Shown here: positions 1 to 13,636 of the stretch, in pieces
How positions within the stretch are numbered: position 1 is the first letter of the stretch
Layout: the number at the start of each line of letters is the position of its first letter
Assembly (NCBI RefSeq): GCF_018350175.1
Contig: NC_058368.1
Span: 174,780,001-174,844,000, forward strand
DNA from: Felis catus
Taxonomy: Eukaryota
Direction of reading: 5' to 3'
DNA: 64,000 bases
Made by a program: the position numbers and the translations under genes
Notes under the pieces: generated by a model
The model's input: only the letters and a program-made list of their open reading frames with translations
What the model was told of the DNA's origin: nothing
The model's database searches: none

Positions 1-2747
1 TTTGGAGTTTGGAAGGGAGCATAAAGAATCCAAATTTCTTAAAACCTTTTCTCTGGGGAGCAGTCATTGTTTAACCCAAGAGCAATCGATAGTGAGTGGA
101 ATTGACAGGAAGAGCCAATGATGGCTTATGATATCACCAGATGATACATTCACTCTGGGATTCCAGGCTCCCTAAGCTTCCGGATAACCGCCTCTGTAGA
201 AAAGCAAGGAAGTTCTACCACCCTCAACTTCATTTAGGCTGGACTATCGTCGGGTTCATATTTCGGTCAACCAAGCAAGCAAACCGTTACAGCCATTCCC
301 AGCCCCTTGACTTAAAACACTGAACTGGCGATCTCTGCCCAGTGGGCCATTATCAGTCAACAGGATCCGACTTCATATTCCTTCCCCTTTGACCCTACAC
401 CCTCAAATCCCACACGCGTTCCTCAGGTTTCCATCCACGTAACCCGGCAGAATCATGTCTACCTTTTCCTATGCACCACACCTCACCACAGGTCATACCT
501 TGTACCTCATCCTTTGGGGTTCTGCTGGAACAGAGCCCAGAGGCAAGATGCTGCCTTCCCACTTCCCAACAACTCGTATTTACTTCCAACAAGTGTGGTT
601 CCATGGTCAATTCTCAGTGTAGATGAAGCCAACCAATTTATCCAGTTTGTGCATCGACAGCCTGCAGGTGGTGAGCCACAGGTGGGAGGGATGCAGGAGG
701 GGCTGCGTACCGCCCCCTCACGTGCTCGCAACACGTTCCACTTCCGAAAAACATTTTTGCGTCAATTATGTCTCTCGAATGACCCACAAAGCCCCACTCT
801 AATCCGGTCTCCCTAGATTAAAGACATTGAGATATAATCATATTAAGCCACTTACTCAAGATTATTCAAACATTAAATTGAGGTCCCCTGTCTCCAAGTG
901 TATGTGATATTTCTAAGATTAAAAAAAAAAAACCTGTGTGCAAGAAACTGTACTATTTTTTCCCCTACAAATATGTTTAACTTCTGTATCAAGGGTCTAT
1001 TTGTCATGATATCAGAAAACGCCATCTGGTCAAATCCAAGTAACTCATTCACTTCAGCTTTTCTCAGTCACAGGGAAACTGGGCCAGCCTAGAAGCTATT
1101 GAGTTTTCCCAGCCCGGGCTCCAGGCTCTAGGCTCCAAGCTCCAGATATGTGGGAAAAGAAGCCTCTGACATGCCCCCCATTCTAGCGACCATCAGACAG
1201 TAACGTCCCGAGGGTCTCCAAGCCAGAACTGTTGAACGGAACTGCTCCCAAATTCCTGATCTATAGAAAGCACAGAGGGTGTCAATGATGCTTGTTCCAG
1301 GCCACTATGTTTCTGATGCAGGGATAGAAAACCTTTCTGGGGGCTGTTGCTCTACAATCCTTTGGATTTGAGGCATGCAGAGGGATTAGGAATCTAAGGT
1401 TATGCAGTTCATGCCGAGTCAAAAACGAATGGGACATGAGCCCACTGTCAACTCTTAAGCCCATGACTTTGAACCATATTAAACACTGCACATCGTACAT
1501 TACACCCCCCTCTTGGTGCCATCTGACCGTCAGTCTGCACCAGATTCACCAGCCTCCTGAATGGCATGGCTGCACAGAAGTTTTGAAAATGAGCACATAT
1601 CATAAGGAAATCCCAGGACAAGCTGGTGAGGATATCCATGGTAACACAGGCTGCATCAGAGCAAGTTAAATTTTTTTCTTAAAAAAAAAAAAAAAATCCA
1701 TGCATCCATGGGACGGGTCTTCTTCAGGGGAAGAACGAGAATTGAGAATGTCGAATAGTTCCATCTTAATCAATAACATAGCTGCGTGTTAAAGATCCCT
1801 GTGGGGTCAATACCCACGTCTAAAACCATTCCATCATCTAGAGGGTTTTGTAGTATTTAGGAGGAATTGACATTGTAGAGGCCTCTCAGTATTTCTGATT
1901 AGGTAAGACCCATACTTTTCATGAGGCATTTTGACATTGAATAGGACCGGATGAGACTGGGCTACGAAGCTCATTTCGTTCGGTTGCCACGTGATCGATC
2001 AGGTGTTGAGCGAGAAGCCATTGCTTGGCTCTCGTGAGAATGTAAGTATTCATCTGGGAGTTTGGGGTTTGGGGGTGGTGACTGTCTCAGTCACGCTTGC
2101 CTATCTGATACCGGAAAGGACAACAGGATTCTTTTATGCCATAGTGATCTGTGTCTCTATTGAAGGCTCCATTCAAAGGATGAAAATGCGCAAATCATGG
2201 GAGATTAAGCAGGCAAAAAAATATGAATTTAAGCCCCAGGGACCTACAATTATGCTGATAATGCCTTTCATTATCGTAATTCTGCATTAATCTGCCTTCA
2301 GCGCTGTGGGTAATAGCGTTTCTCTCTGGGGTCAGCGGGGTTGGGGTTTCCATGGGGACGCGATGACTCCATACAGAAACTCGGCTGTGTCAGAGGAGAG
2401 GCAGGTTCTGGTTTTGACAGAGTGATCAATGGCACCTACGGAGACGTAGGCTTTTCCAAGGAGGGAAGATGCCAAGTGCATGTTCCCTTCATTGCCCTTC
2501 GTGCTCTTGAACGTGGAGGAGGCCTGACCCGACCTTTCACAGAGCCTCGTTTTGACAGAAACACGGAGGGATGTTTCGCCTTCTCTGTGGAGATACTCCT
2601 CATTGGTCTCATGTATATTCTCCGGGGAAACAGACAACTCTTGGAGTGGGGTGTAGATTGGTATCATTTCTTCCACAGGCGATTTGCCCAAAGGTAGAAA
2701 ACTCAACCTTCCAAATCCAGCTGCCCCACTTCTAGGAATTTATTCTA

Positions 2748-2824
2748 GATGCATATACGCGCACATGCAAACGCGCCCATGAGCACATGCACACACACAC
2801 GCACACACACACACACACACACAC
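2748..2824. repeat. (CA)n microsatellite with alternating purine-pyrimidine lead-in
   Basis: gcacatgcacacacacacgcacacacacacacac read directly. Confidence 0.9.
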
Positions 2825-2984
2825 CTAGGGCGTGCTTCACTATTACCGTCATTTCATTTCGGGGACAGGTGCCTCGTGTTCTGTTCCAGATTATACGCAT
2901 CACATGCTACTTTGCTTTTCTGCTGAGTCTAAGAGAGGGTGGACGGGTCTACATAGCCAAGAGTCAGTACATGAAGGGTAACAA

Positions 2985-3075
2985 GCTTTGCGCTAGGGAG
3001 AGAACCTGGTTCCAGCTCCAGTTCTGGTCACCCACGGCTGTGTGACCCGAGTCAAGGCTTTCAACCCCTCAGTGG
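2985..3075 (+). mobile_element. MIR SINE fragment
   Basis: agaacctggttccagctccagttctgg...ctgtgtgacccgagtcaag resembles the MIR core. Confidence 0.5.
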
Positions 3076-3489
3076 CAGGAAGCAAGGAGGCCGGTTTACT
3101 GCCCGGTTCCCACCAGCCCCATTTTTTCTGTGATCCACTGGAACAGTGCTTTAGCCCCGGCCAGTGCGGTATATTGACAGCTACTGCATTTTCAGAATGA
3201 TATCCAAAGATTTCTGCCCAAATAAATGACAGACCCTAACTCAAAGGAGTCATTTGCTCAGAGCCACAAAATCAGTTGTCAGAGCGTGGGCTGTCATTTG
3301 CGGGGCTCTTGCTTGTAATCTCACAAAGCGGTCAGCTTTCCTCTTTCTTTTCCTTATTCTCCCGTCCCTCGCATTCCGGCATCGTGCGCAGGTGCCCGAG
3401 GCTGAAGGGGCAGAAACGTAGTCAAAGAGGAAGGTAGCAGAGGAACAAGAGAGTAGAGATCAAAGAAAGTCTCTGATGGTTCAAGTTCT

Positions 3490-3695
3490 TTTGAAAAACA
3501 TTTTTTTTTAATGTTTATTTGTTTTTGACGGAGAGAGAGACAGAGCATAAGCAGGGGAGGGGCAGAGAGAGAGGGAGACCCAGAATCCGAAGCAGGCTCC
3601 AGGCTCTGAGCTGTCAGCACAGAGCCCGACGCGGGGCTCGAACTCACCAACCACGAGACCATGACCTGAGACCGACCGAGCCACCCAGGCGCCCC
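3490..3695 (-). mobile_element. Can-SINE (felid SINEC) with short internal deletion
   Basis: T tract, (GA)n, ccacccaggcgcccc end; degenerate TSD tgatggttcaagttct/tgattgtgcaagttct. Confidence 0.95.
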
Positions 3696-4424
3696 TGATT
3701 GTGCAAGTTCTGAGCGCAGGCACCACCACAGGGCATGTGTCCGGAGAAAACACAATAGTGGCTGTTTCCCCCACAAGCGCTTTCACTGGCTGAGATGGTC
3801 CGCCATTTCACCTGGCTGCTTACCCGCCTGTTCCTGGGAAATCTGGAAACTTCCAACAGGTAGTCCAGGTAGGAAAGCGGGTGTTCGGTTTTAGCTCGTT
3901 TGTTTTTGTGCCCAACCGATTTGTTTTGACCAAGTTATTTGTCTCTGGTCTGGATGAAATCAGGCTTTTCTTCTGCGGCTCGCGAGTCAGGGTCAAGAGA
4001 CACTGGCACTCAGCGTTAACTTCTCCTTGTCACTATTTTGGAGTGGGGACGGTGCTCGGGAGAGGGTGGATAGCCCTGTGGTGGAGATTGCACCTCAGGT
4101 GAGCGTCAGAAATAGGGCCCCCTTACCCCCGTGGCTCCGGGAGCCTGCGGTGGCTAAGCCACACACGCCTCATCGCTCCTGTCTTCTGGAACCACTCATT
4201 GAGTCAGACTTAATGGCACCACTGGGCCTTTAGCTCGGCTCACTCTTCCTTCCTTGACTTGGCGTTTTGTCCCCGTAGAACTTGTGTTTTTGCGTCTATT
4301 ATTTACAAGGTTTCCTTTTAAGAGAATTCATTTTGGCCTCAGCACAGCCGAGGAGCATTGTGATGGCTATTGGCCAGGACCTAGCAATAGCCTCATTCAA
4401 TAGAACTAGGTGCTATACTTCTGG

Positions 4425-4606
4425 TTATTTATTTAGAGAGCACTAGGTGGGGGGGAGGGGCAGAGGGAGAGAGACGGAGAACCCCAAGCAGGTTCCACGC
4501 TCAGTCCGGAGTCCGACGCGAGGCTTGATCCCACGACCCCGGGAACATGACCCGAGCCAAAATCAAGCGTTAGCCGCCCAGCTGGCTGAGCCCACCCAGG
4601 CTCCCC
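4425..4606 (-). mobile_element. Can-SINE, older diverged copy
   Basis: gggcagagggagag...gacgcgaggcttgatccc...cccacccaggctcccc. Confidence 0.85.
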
Positions 4607-4906
4607 TATAACTCCGGTCTTAAAATTGAAACCTAAACGCACACACTTAGTTTGCCAACCTTATGAGGCATGGGGAGCGCGAAGGTGACCTTTATTTGGT
4701 GAAGAGATAAGACTAACAACATTAACCAGCAATAAACTTCTCCAGTAAAGTGTTTATTTTGAGTGTCCCCTAGGGAATATTTTTGATCCGGCAGGAAAAA
4801 GAGAGCATGACTGAGTCCCCTCTCTCACGGTCCCTATGACAGATGCTTGCTGAATCAAACGCTGCAAGTCATTCCCACCAGTCGACAAGTACAATTGTCC
4901 CGCTTG

Positions 4907-5126
4907 TTTGTTTTTTCAAAATTTTTTAATGTTGATTTATTTTTGAGACAGAGACAGAGCGTGAGCAGGGGAGGGGCAGAGAGAGAGGGAGACACAGAAT
5001 CTGAAACAGGCTCCAGGCTCTGAGCCGTCAGCACAGAGCCCGACGCGGGGCTCGGACCCACGGACCGCGAGATCGTGACCTGAGCCGAAGACGGATGCCC
5101 GACCGACTGAGCCACCCAGGCGCCCC
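4907..5126 (-). mobile_element. Can-SINE
   Basis: Complete reverse-complement SINE body with T tract. Confidence 0.95.
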
Positions 5127-7429
5127 CGGCCTGCTTGCTTTTTGATAACAATCCAGAAGATCCAACCACCCACAAGTGACACTTTGCACAGGACAAGCAC
5201 TGGTCCCAGCCAAGGGACAGTGAGCCCCAGATGCACACCAGCTCTTTGGGGACCTCGGTCTCCTCCTCGGCCCGGTGGGCATTCCGGATCCCACCTGGCC
5301 CCCGTGGGCATTTGAGTTTTCCATCCCCGCCCTGCCCTAGGGGCCTCCTTCCTCATCTGGGAGAGTGGTGAGTGTCCACCCAATGGTGTCATTCGTTCAG
5401 TCAGCAAACGTGTGACTACCATCGAGTTCGGCTTCCGGAGGCTCACTGGGAATAAGAAGCGAACGTGATAGTCCACACCTAGTGAGCTGGGCCACTCAGT
5501 GGGTGACGGGCTGGTGAGCGAGTCCGGGTTTGGACGCCGTAATAGACATATGAGCAAGATACAGCAGAGGGATGGAAGACAGGATAGGGTCTACGTGGGG
5601 CCAGGGTTCCAGGCAAGGGGAAGCACCCGAGCAGAGACAGAGACAAGGGCAATGGACACACCAGGGGGAGCGTGGCGGCCTCTGGCTCCTTGTCAGGTAT
5701 GGGCAGGACTGCAGGGCGGGCGGGGAGAAAGCAGGAGGCCGGTGATGTTCAGCAGGCTGGATACTGGAAGGCCTCGAATGCCTAGCCGAGAAGCTGGACC
5801 TTGTCCCGGGGGCCATGGGGAGTTACCGAAAGGCTTCCTGCACAGGATGAGATGACACAGTTTGGGCTTTGTCGACATCCCTCTCGGCCCCGGGGGGAGG
5901 ATTGACAAGAAGGAAACACAGGAGCAGGGAGGCTGGTTGGAGGCTCTGGATACATCCGAGCACGAAGCAGATCAAGGCAGAATTGTGGCAATGATGGCGA
6001 CGCAGGGCCAGGATGAGACCGAAATGCCTGGGGTGCTCCCTCTTAGGCCGTCCAAGAGCAGCGCCACTGGCCTCTTGAACTCCCGGGTTTGAGGTGTTTC
6101 CTCGCCTCATAGCCTGGGGAAACCCTCTGAACTGGGGGAGCCCTGTTTGCCAAAGTTAAGAGCCCTGGGGTATCACGCTCATTATTAGTGACTTTCTTGC
6201 ACTCAAGAATGCAGAAGGCGAACGCAGGGCCGTGGCTCAAATCCTGACTCTGCTCTTACAACCTCCCTCCTTAGTCGCCCACATACGTCAAATAGACCCG
6301 AGGTCCTGTCCACCTCGAGGCTGCTCCAAGGTTAGCGGAGGCGGGAGCCCAGGGCCTCGGCCACAGCGGACACCCCCTCAGTGACGCTTTGTCTCTGAGA
6401 CTGATGCCTATTTCTTCCGGAACATTCCGAGGCCAATGGATTTTCTTTCTTGTGCCGCTAAGCTGTGAGGCCATAGCCTCTATGGCTCCTGCTGTTCTCT
6501 CTCTCTTTTTTTTTTAAGGGTTTGCCTCAGCTGTCTCATTAAATATGGAAAACATCTGTGCTTGGGGTTTTAGCAAAAATCCCCACATCTGGAAAATATT
6601 GGTCAAGAGTCTAATTAACTATGTCAATGACAAATTGTTCTCACAGGAAGTATTTAGGACGAGTAGATAATTGGGATTTAATGCCCTTGGCCTCTGTCCT
6701 TGCCTTCTTGTTTACTTATCCTAGTTGGGGCGGGGGAGGCAGGCTCCCACCCTGACCCTGCCACACTGCTGCAGGAAAGCTAGGCCCATGGATCAAGGAA
6801 CTGCCCTAAAGCCACACAACAGTGCCCCCTGGTTGGGACCCCTGTCCACTCCACTTGGGGCTGACATTTCCTGCCGGGCCCATATGCTGTTTGAAGATAC
6901 AGCTCTGAGGAGGCTATTTTGGTTTTCTTTCTCGGGGCTTTTTACCTCCACCCTTCGCAGAGCCCTGGCCCTCAGAGGAAATGGAGTCCCCGCCTCTCTC
7001 CCACCCTCGGCGGGATAGACCCAGCTTTGAGATCGCGAAGCTTAATGTACTTCCAACCCCGTGTCTCTCGCTTTCAGGTGAGGACATTTCTCATTAATAA
7101 AGGGCTGTCAGTAGACCCTCCCATCCCCTTGAAGCTTCAGGAACACCCTGAATCTCTTCATCCCTGGCCGCCTCGGCCCCCTCGGAGGTCCTGATCCAAG
7201 ATGGCTCCCTAGTCTATGACAGGAGACACCACCTTGGACAGCCGGCAAAGGCCTCACCTCGGTTTCATCAACCAGAAGGCAGATGGCAAACTAGGGGAAA
7301 ATCAGCAAATACTAGAAACTTATATTTTTGAAGTTCCATTCTGGGCCGGGGCACTGAAATCTCCTTTCTTCAAGTACCTGGAGGCCTTTCGTGACTTCAA
7401 GCCTACTCCCTGAGCAGGGCCCATCGGCT

Positions 7430-7770
7430 CTGTCTCAACAATAGTCCCCAAATCTGCCACTGCCTCCCATCTCCACAGCCACCACCTCGGCGTTTCCCAT
7501 CATCCTCTCTTCCTGGACAATGACAATGGCTTCCTCAATGGCCTCCTGCCTGCCACACTGGCCCACTACTGTCCATTTTTTTATATGGCATCCAGAGTGC
7601 TCTCTGCCACTGGAAATCAAATAATGTCACCGCCCTTGGTGACCTCCCATCACAATGAGAAAGGACCCCAGTCCCTTCCTCAGTCTTGGGCCTGCCCCAC
7701 CTGGCCAGTGCCCCCTCTGCCCCACAAACAACCTGCTACCTCCATCATAGTTGTTACCACTATCTAAAGT
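7430..7770 (+). mobile_element. L2 LINE fragment
   Basis: ctcccatctccacagccaccacc...catcctctcttcctggac...gcctcct typical of the L2 3' region. Confidence 0.6.
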
Positions 7771-7779
7771 CACTTTCCA

Positions 7780-7986
7780 GGGGCACCTGCGTGGCTCAGT
7801 CAGTCAAGTGTCCAACTCTTGATTTTGCCTCAAGTCATGTTCTCACCGTTCGTGAGTTCAAACCCCGAGCTGGGCTCTAAGCTGACAGTGCAGAGCCTGC
7901 TTGGAATTCTGTCCCCCTCCCTCTCTGCTCCTCCCCACCCCCCCGCTCTGAAAAATAAATAAACAAGCATTTAAAAAAAAAAAAAA
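7780..7986 (+). mobile_element. Can-SINE
   Basis: ggggcacctgcgtggctcagtc head, A tail, TSD aaagtcactttcca. Confidence 0.95.
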
Positions 7987-8960
7987 GTCACTTTCCATAG
8001 TCATTTGCTTTTTGTCTGTGAGTATCCAAAGTTCTGTGACTGTAGCAAGTTTCTCTCTTCAAGACAAAGCAAGAAAGGCCCCCGGAGCACCGCGGTTAGG
8101 AAGCAGTCACTCTCGAGTGCCGGTTCTGTCCTGGTGTGGCCCCCCCAAATTAGTGTCTCCTTAAATGTCATGCCCTAAATGCCTCACCTGCCTCACCCAA
8201 GCCCCACCCCTGTTCCCAGTGTCATATCACTCCAGCCTCCTTCCAGTTCTGGGCATCTGCATGACCATTCTAGCGGGGATTCCTTCCCCAGGGAAATCGC
8301 TCCTCCTGGGCACCCCGCTTGAAAACCACCTTGTCCGTGAAGACTTTCCCGGCAAAGTCAATTTCCTTTGCTCCGGCCTCCTTGTGACGGGCAATTCTTT
8401 GGGATCTTAGGTTTGGATTATACTCCTTGGGCATTTTGGGGAACGCTTACCTCCAGCTAACTATACCCACCTCCGTGTTTGCTTCCCTCCTCTCTGAGCC
8501 CGGGAGGCCGAGAGAGAGAAAGAGAGAGAGAGAACACTTCACGAGCAGCAGCACGGAGGAAGGTGAACAGTACAACCCAGTGTTCTATTCTTCGCTGACC
8601 TCCCACATACTTCCTTCGCGACGACATCCCCCACGTGTGGGGAGAGCAGCCTGGATGATGCGACAGTGCGCAGAGGCACTCTTTTTAGCGGGAGGCCGCC
8701 TTTCACCTCCACTTATTCCAGATCACGGCAATGACGACAGTGTCGAGATCCCGGAGCCTGCTTTGGCCCCACACCCTGCTGACGCCCCTTTGTATCACAA
8801 GGCGGGCCTCAAGCTCAGCACCCTTCTCGGGTAGCAGAAAGTGGCTTAAATCAGGACATCTTGCTTTGTTTTCATTATCTTTCTTTCACTATTAATGTAT
8901 ACCAGGTGTCACGATTTTCCATTTAGAGCAGCAAATAAAGAAACGTTTTTTTAGATACGC

Positions 8961-9185
8961 TTTTTTTTTTAATTTTTTTTTCAACGTTTATTTATTTTTG
9001 GGGACAGAGAGAGACAGAGCATGAACGGGGGAGGGGCAGAGAGAGAGGGAGACACAGAATCGGAAACAGGCTCCAGGCTCTGAGCCATCAGCCCAGAGCC
9101 CGACGCGGGGCTCGAACTCACGGACCACGAGATCGTGACCCGGCTGAAGTCGGACGCTCAACCGACTGCGCCACCCAGGCGCCCC
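8961..9185 (-). mobile_element. Young felid Can-SINE
   Basis: Near-consensus body, perfect TSD tagatacgctttt. Confidence 0.97.
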
Positions 9186-9754
9186 TAGATACGCTTTTAA
9201 GGGGACAAAAGAAACGCGTTACGTGACTGATGGTTCGGGAGGTTTCCAGCAAAAGAGTCCTGCTCGCTTCCCCTTGTTTAGGATTGTCAGGGGGGTGGCT
9301 CTCCAGCTGGGACTGCATTTCCCTGCCGCCCTGCAGATAAGAGGAGGCGTGCGCACTAAGTAAGGACGGGGTAGGCACACAGTGCTTCCAGACTGGCCCT
9401 TGAAGGCCCACGGGGGATCCCCAGGCTCTCATCTCCCTGGTCAAATGGCTACATGGACCCAGGGCAACCTCTGGGCCCATGGAAGATGCTGGGGCCTTGG
9501 TTTGCCTGGGTCTGTAAATGGCCACAGGACTAGAGGCTCCCCAACAGCTATGAAGCTTCATCTGATCGAAGGATGAACTTACACGGGGCTAAGACACCAA
9601 GATTTCAGGCTGCTTCTGCACAGGAGCTGGCATTCTTAAAACACTAAAGTTCGAGAAACAGTTTGAAAGCACGGTTCCAGGAATCAAGGCAAGCTAGAGT
9701 TTCAAGTATCTGCCCTGGTGAGAATGATGTTTCCGGAACCAGATCCTGCCTGTT

Positions 9755-9784
9755 CTCTCTTGCCCTTCTTCCTTTTTTCTTTTC

Positions 9785-9815
<31 letters not shown>

Positions 9816-10000
9816 CTTTTTTTCTTTTCTTTTCTTTTTTCTTTTCTTTTCTTACCTTCCTGTTTCTTTTCCTTTCTTTCCTTCTTTTCTTTCCTTTGCT
9901 TTCTTTTCTTTTCTCTTTTTTTCCTTCCCCTCCTCCTTCTATCCTTCCTTCCCTCCCTCTTCCCTTCCTTCTTTCCTTGTATTCCTTTCTTTCCTGTGTC
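9755..10000. repeat. Polypyrimidine (CTTTT/CCTT)n low-complexity tract
   Basis: About 240 nt almost entirely C/T on the + strand. Confidence 0.95.
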
Positions 10001-10124
10001 CAGTGAAACTCTGAGAGTTCCAGAGATTTCCAAGTTATCAACGTACTCTCTAGAACAGAAAGGTTCTAGATTTTCTTCCTCCCTTTCTTTCTTCCATCTC
10101 TGTTCCCCTTCCTTTAGGCTCCTG

Positions 10125-10143
10125 AGGTGCCCTCTGGTGGCCA
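10125..10143 (-). promoter_or_regulatory. Candidate CTCF binding site
   Basis: Reverse complement TGGCCACCAGAGGGCACCT closely matches the CTCF core TGGCCACCAG(G/A)GGGC(G/A)C. Confidence 0.65.
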
Positions 10144-11369
10144 GCAGCCAGCACCAGCCTGTGTTTCTCTGTTCACACAACGTTTGGTCAGACTTCAGAA
10201 CAGACACCGTCCTTCATTTCTCCCTGTGGTGCCCCTGGCACCCCGGGGGGGGGGGTTCATGAAGTGGTGTCTCATCTCACTCCCCGGAGGCTCGACTATG
10301 CCCCCATCAGACCCCCACGGTCCCCTGCGGATGCCCCCAGGTTTGCACCCAACTGTCATTCCCCAAATAGGCCATGTTGACCCGTGCTTCTATGCCATGG
10401 TCACGGCGGCAAAGTCCCCCCGATGTTCATCCTCCGGTGGCCCAAGTCCCCGCCGTTAACCTGGGGAAAGGAGATGAACATTACCCGAGGGCCCACCCTG
10501 TGCCGGGCACGTGCCACACGGCCGAGTCATCGCCACGTCAAGGGTGTTGCCGGAGCTGTTCCCAAGTTGACAGAGGGGCAAACACAAGCTCAGGTCGCTG
10601 AAGTGACTGAAGGTCACACATTGAGGCAGAACAATGACAAAACAACTCAGCGTCAGCTGCCTTCCCCGAATTCCTTCCCGATCATCCCAGGATGATTTGT
10701 TAAGGGAGGAGAAGGGAAACAATGCGGACCGAGCCCAGTTGGGCCCCAAGCACCAAGCCCTAGGCATTCACACCTACTTGCTTCGTTAGAGTCTCATGAC
10801 CACCCACTTGTTCAGGGGTCACCCATCGTTCCATTTATACACCCATCGATAGATGCCTATTTCTCATCTACCAAGCTCCAAGGATGGCGTCAGGCACTAG
10901 ATGCACTAAGAGAAACGAGTAAAGACCGGTAAAAACCCATTTCTGGTCTCAAGGTCTTAACGCTGCAGGGCGGGAGACAGACAAGCTGTACCCTCACGCA
11001 TAGATCGTGATGAGACCCAGCCACAGCTCGGAGGAGGGCTCCTCCAGGGCATGGAGGCGGGAATGAGGGAAGCAATGCCCTGCAGCGGTGAAGAAGCTGG
11101 GAATAGGGCCAATTCGAATTTCCTGAGACCTTTCCAGGCGGGATGCTCCGTGCACTGGGTTACGCAACTCTCACAACCCCTTTCTGGAAGGGTGCTCTTA
11201 AGGTCCCCCATGGCACAGGTGAGCAGCTTGAAGAATGCAAAGGTACAATGATTGTCCCAGGGACATATGGTTCGTTTGTGGTGAAGCCAAAATTTGAAAT
11301 AGACTCACTGGCTGCAGGGCCGTGCCTTTTAACCCCCGGGCTGGGGCTTCAGCTGAGGAGGGTGGTAGA

Positions 11370-11800
11370 AGGCCATGAGAGCCTCGGGTTTTGTAGGATT
11401 TTGACCTTGACCTGGGTATATCTGCAGAGTTGTTGGAGGATTTGGAGGAAGGGAAAGCTAGCAGGCTTGATTTTATCAAGATGGATTGGAGAGGTTGCCC
11501 GAAGAAAGGGAACCAACGGGAATCAGGTTGCAATAATCCAGTTCAAAGAACAGGGGAAGGGACCACCCTGGAATGGGCTGATTTGGAGGAGCTGATGAGA
11601 CGCTCGAGTGGGCGGATCAGACAGGCTGCTGGGCGCATGAATCCAGAGTTAGGAAAAGAGGTGGGGCTGGCAATGAAGATTTGGGAGTTGGCAGAATGCA
11701 AATACATGCCAAGATGGTGGGCAGGACGCCTCCAGGAGGACCGCATTGCAAGGCGGGGAGAGGGACGGAGCAGGTTGACAGGGGGCCTGGCAGCCGCAGA
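11370..11800 (-). mobile_element. L2 LINE fragment
   Basis: gagttgttggaggattt...ggttgcaataatccag...tggggctggcaatgaagatttgggagt, the L2 antisense pattern. Confidence 0.55.
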
Positions 11801-12829
11801 CGGCACCAAGGAGCCGCCAGTCAGAGGCATCAGGTGCTATGGAGCCAAGGGAGCCTGAGCTCCGGAGCGGGGAGTGGGGAGCACATGCACCAGTGGGGTC
11901 AGGACCCATGGGGACAGAACGGGTCCACGCTCCCCCTCTCCGACGCCGAGGTTACGACTGAGAGGGGGACAGGATTCGGGGACGTTGCATTTCGTTCCCA
12001 GCAACTCACCCACCACGAATTTCAAGATCTCCATCTGGAACACAGAAAATGATTTGCAGTCCTCAGACAGTTACAAGGGCCCTGGGTTTTGCCAAGTCAC
12101 ATTATTTGACAGAAATGGGCCGTGAAATGCCTGCTAATTGCTACAAGATTTAACAGGGAGAGAAGGGCCCGAGCGAGCACGGGAGGTGCCTTGTCAGATT
12201 CTCATGTGGGGAGCGGGGGAGCCAGGCGGTAACGAGACATAATGGGCCTGCCTGCTTCTCGGAGCTCCGAATTACCAGGATCATTTCGTCCCGGTGAAAG
12301 AAGGATGAAGCTTTTAAAACTGGGCGATTATGATGTATTTTTTCATTGTTGTCGAGAAAGCTAAACCCCAATTATCCCAGCTATTCTGGAGGGCTTTTCA
12401 AAAGGCACTCATGCCATTGTTGAGTTCATCATCTCCCCAGGCTCCAGGGAGAGGTTTCTTTGCCGTAATAATCCCGCTTGATCCCCTATCGCCATACCTG
12501 ACAAGTCCTTGCAGTGTTCTTCCCACATATCCTGTTTTCACCCTGAAATTGGACCTCAGGGCCCTCGAACCAAGCAAGGGAAATGGTTTCCAAGTAGCCA
12601 GCCGTGCTTCTGCCCCGTCCGTAAAAGTACTGGGAGGGTTTGTAATCTTCCCATGCACCCTTCACTCTCTGATCTTCCAGAAGCCCTTCTTTGAATCACG
12701 TCATTCCCCTGATCTAAGACCTTCGGTAACTCCCTACTGCCCGGCAGATCTGGCCCAAAGACTATTTCCTCTGGAATTTGACCCCCAAACGTCTTGTCCA
12801 TCCTCACCTTTTCCCCCTTCCATCATTCA

Positions 12830-13510
12830 TGGGCTCCTTCATTCATTTGACACACATGTACTGAGCAAGTTGCAGACGCTGGGCGCTGTAACGGGTGCCG
12901 GAGGAGGAGGGGGCATGGTCAAGGGGGAGGCAAGTCTGAGACAGTTGGGAGGCTTTGCTGAGTGGGGAGGAAGGACTTTGGACACAGACATGCACGTTCT
13001 GTCCCAGGGCGCGGACAAGGAAGGCTGGGTTGCGGGGGCCATGCCACGTGACAACACCTGGACTGCATGTTGAAGGAAGCGGTCACACACTGGAGACCTA
13101 TTTAGGTGGCAGTCCCCGGGGGGACTGTGGGGAAATGAGGATGATGCTCAGGCTTCCAGCTCGGACGGTCGGATGGAAGGGGGTACCGTTGCTAGGAGAG
13201 GAACCCATGAAAAGACATGGATTTGGCAGGAAGGGGAGTGAGTTTCTTTGGGGGCTCACTGACCATGAGGACCCCGTGGAGAGCCAGGAGGAGCGCCCAG
13301 TGGGTAGTTGTGTGCGGAAGTCTGGAGCACAGGCTGGGAAGCGAGAGACATGGGAGCAGTCATCTCAGAGATGGACAGGGGAGCCCTGGTATGAGCAAGA
13401 CCCCAGGGGAAGAGAGTTCTGGATGGATATCCCCGGGGAAGGCCAGCAGTTAAGGGGCCATATGGAGGGAGGCCAGACTGCGGAGGAAAAGCCAGCTCGC
13501 TCATGAGCCC
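12830..13510 (-). mobile_element. L2 LINE fragment
   Basis: ttcattcatttgacacacatgtactgagc (L2 3' end, antisense) followed by L2-like body. Confidence 0.6.
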
Positions 13511-13636
13511 TGTGCCTTGAAAGTGCACACCTGTGCTTTCCCCAGTGGGGACAGGCACTGGGACGTGCTGAGGAGGGTCTGGCCAGGCGTATAAAATCGG
13601 GGCGAGATTTGCAGTGACGCTTCTTCCCCTCTCTTC

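Noticed and set aside
300..400. Minus-strand TDNGP resembling an integrase motif
   Set aside because: Flanking residues (LGRDRQF) and the surrounding frame show no other integrase features.
2332..2706. Overlapping 118-aa and 124-aa ORFs on opposite strands
   Set aside because: No recognisable homology, non-ATG starts and no supporting splice structure.
9644..10262. Long K/R/E-rich and F/S/L-rich ORFs
   Set aside because: Translations of the CTTTT low-complexity tract.
12330..13073. 247-aa ORF
   Set aside because: No recognisable domain; its 3' third runs through antisense L2.
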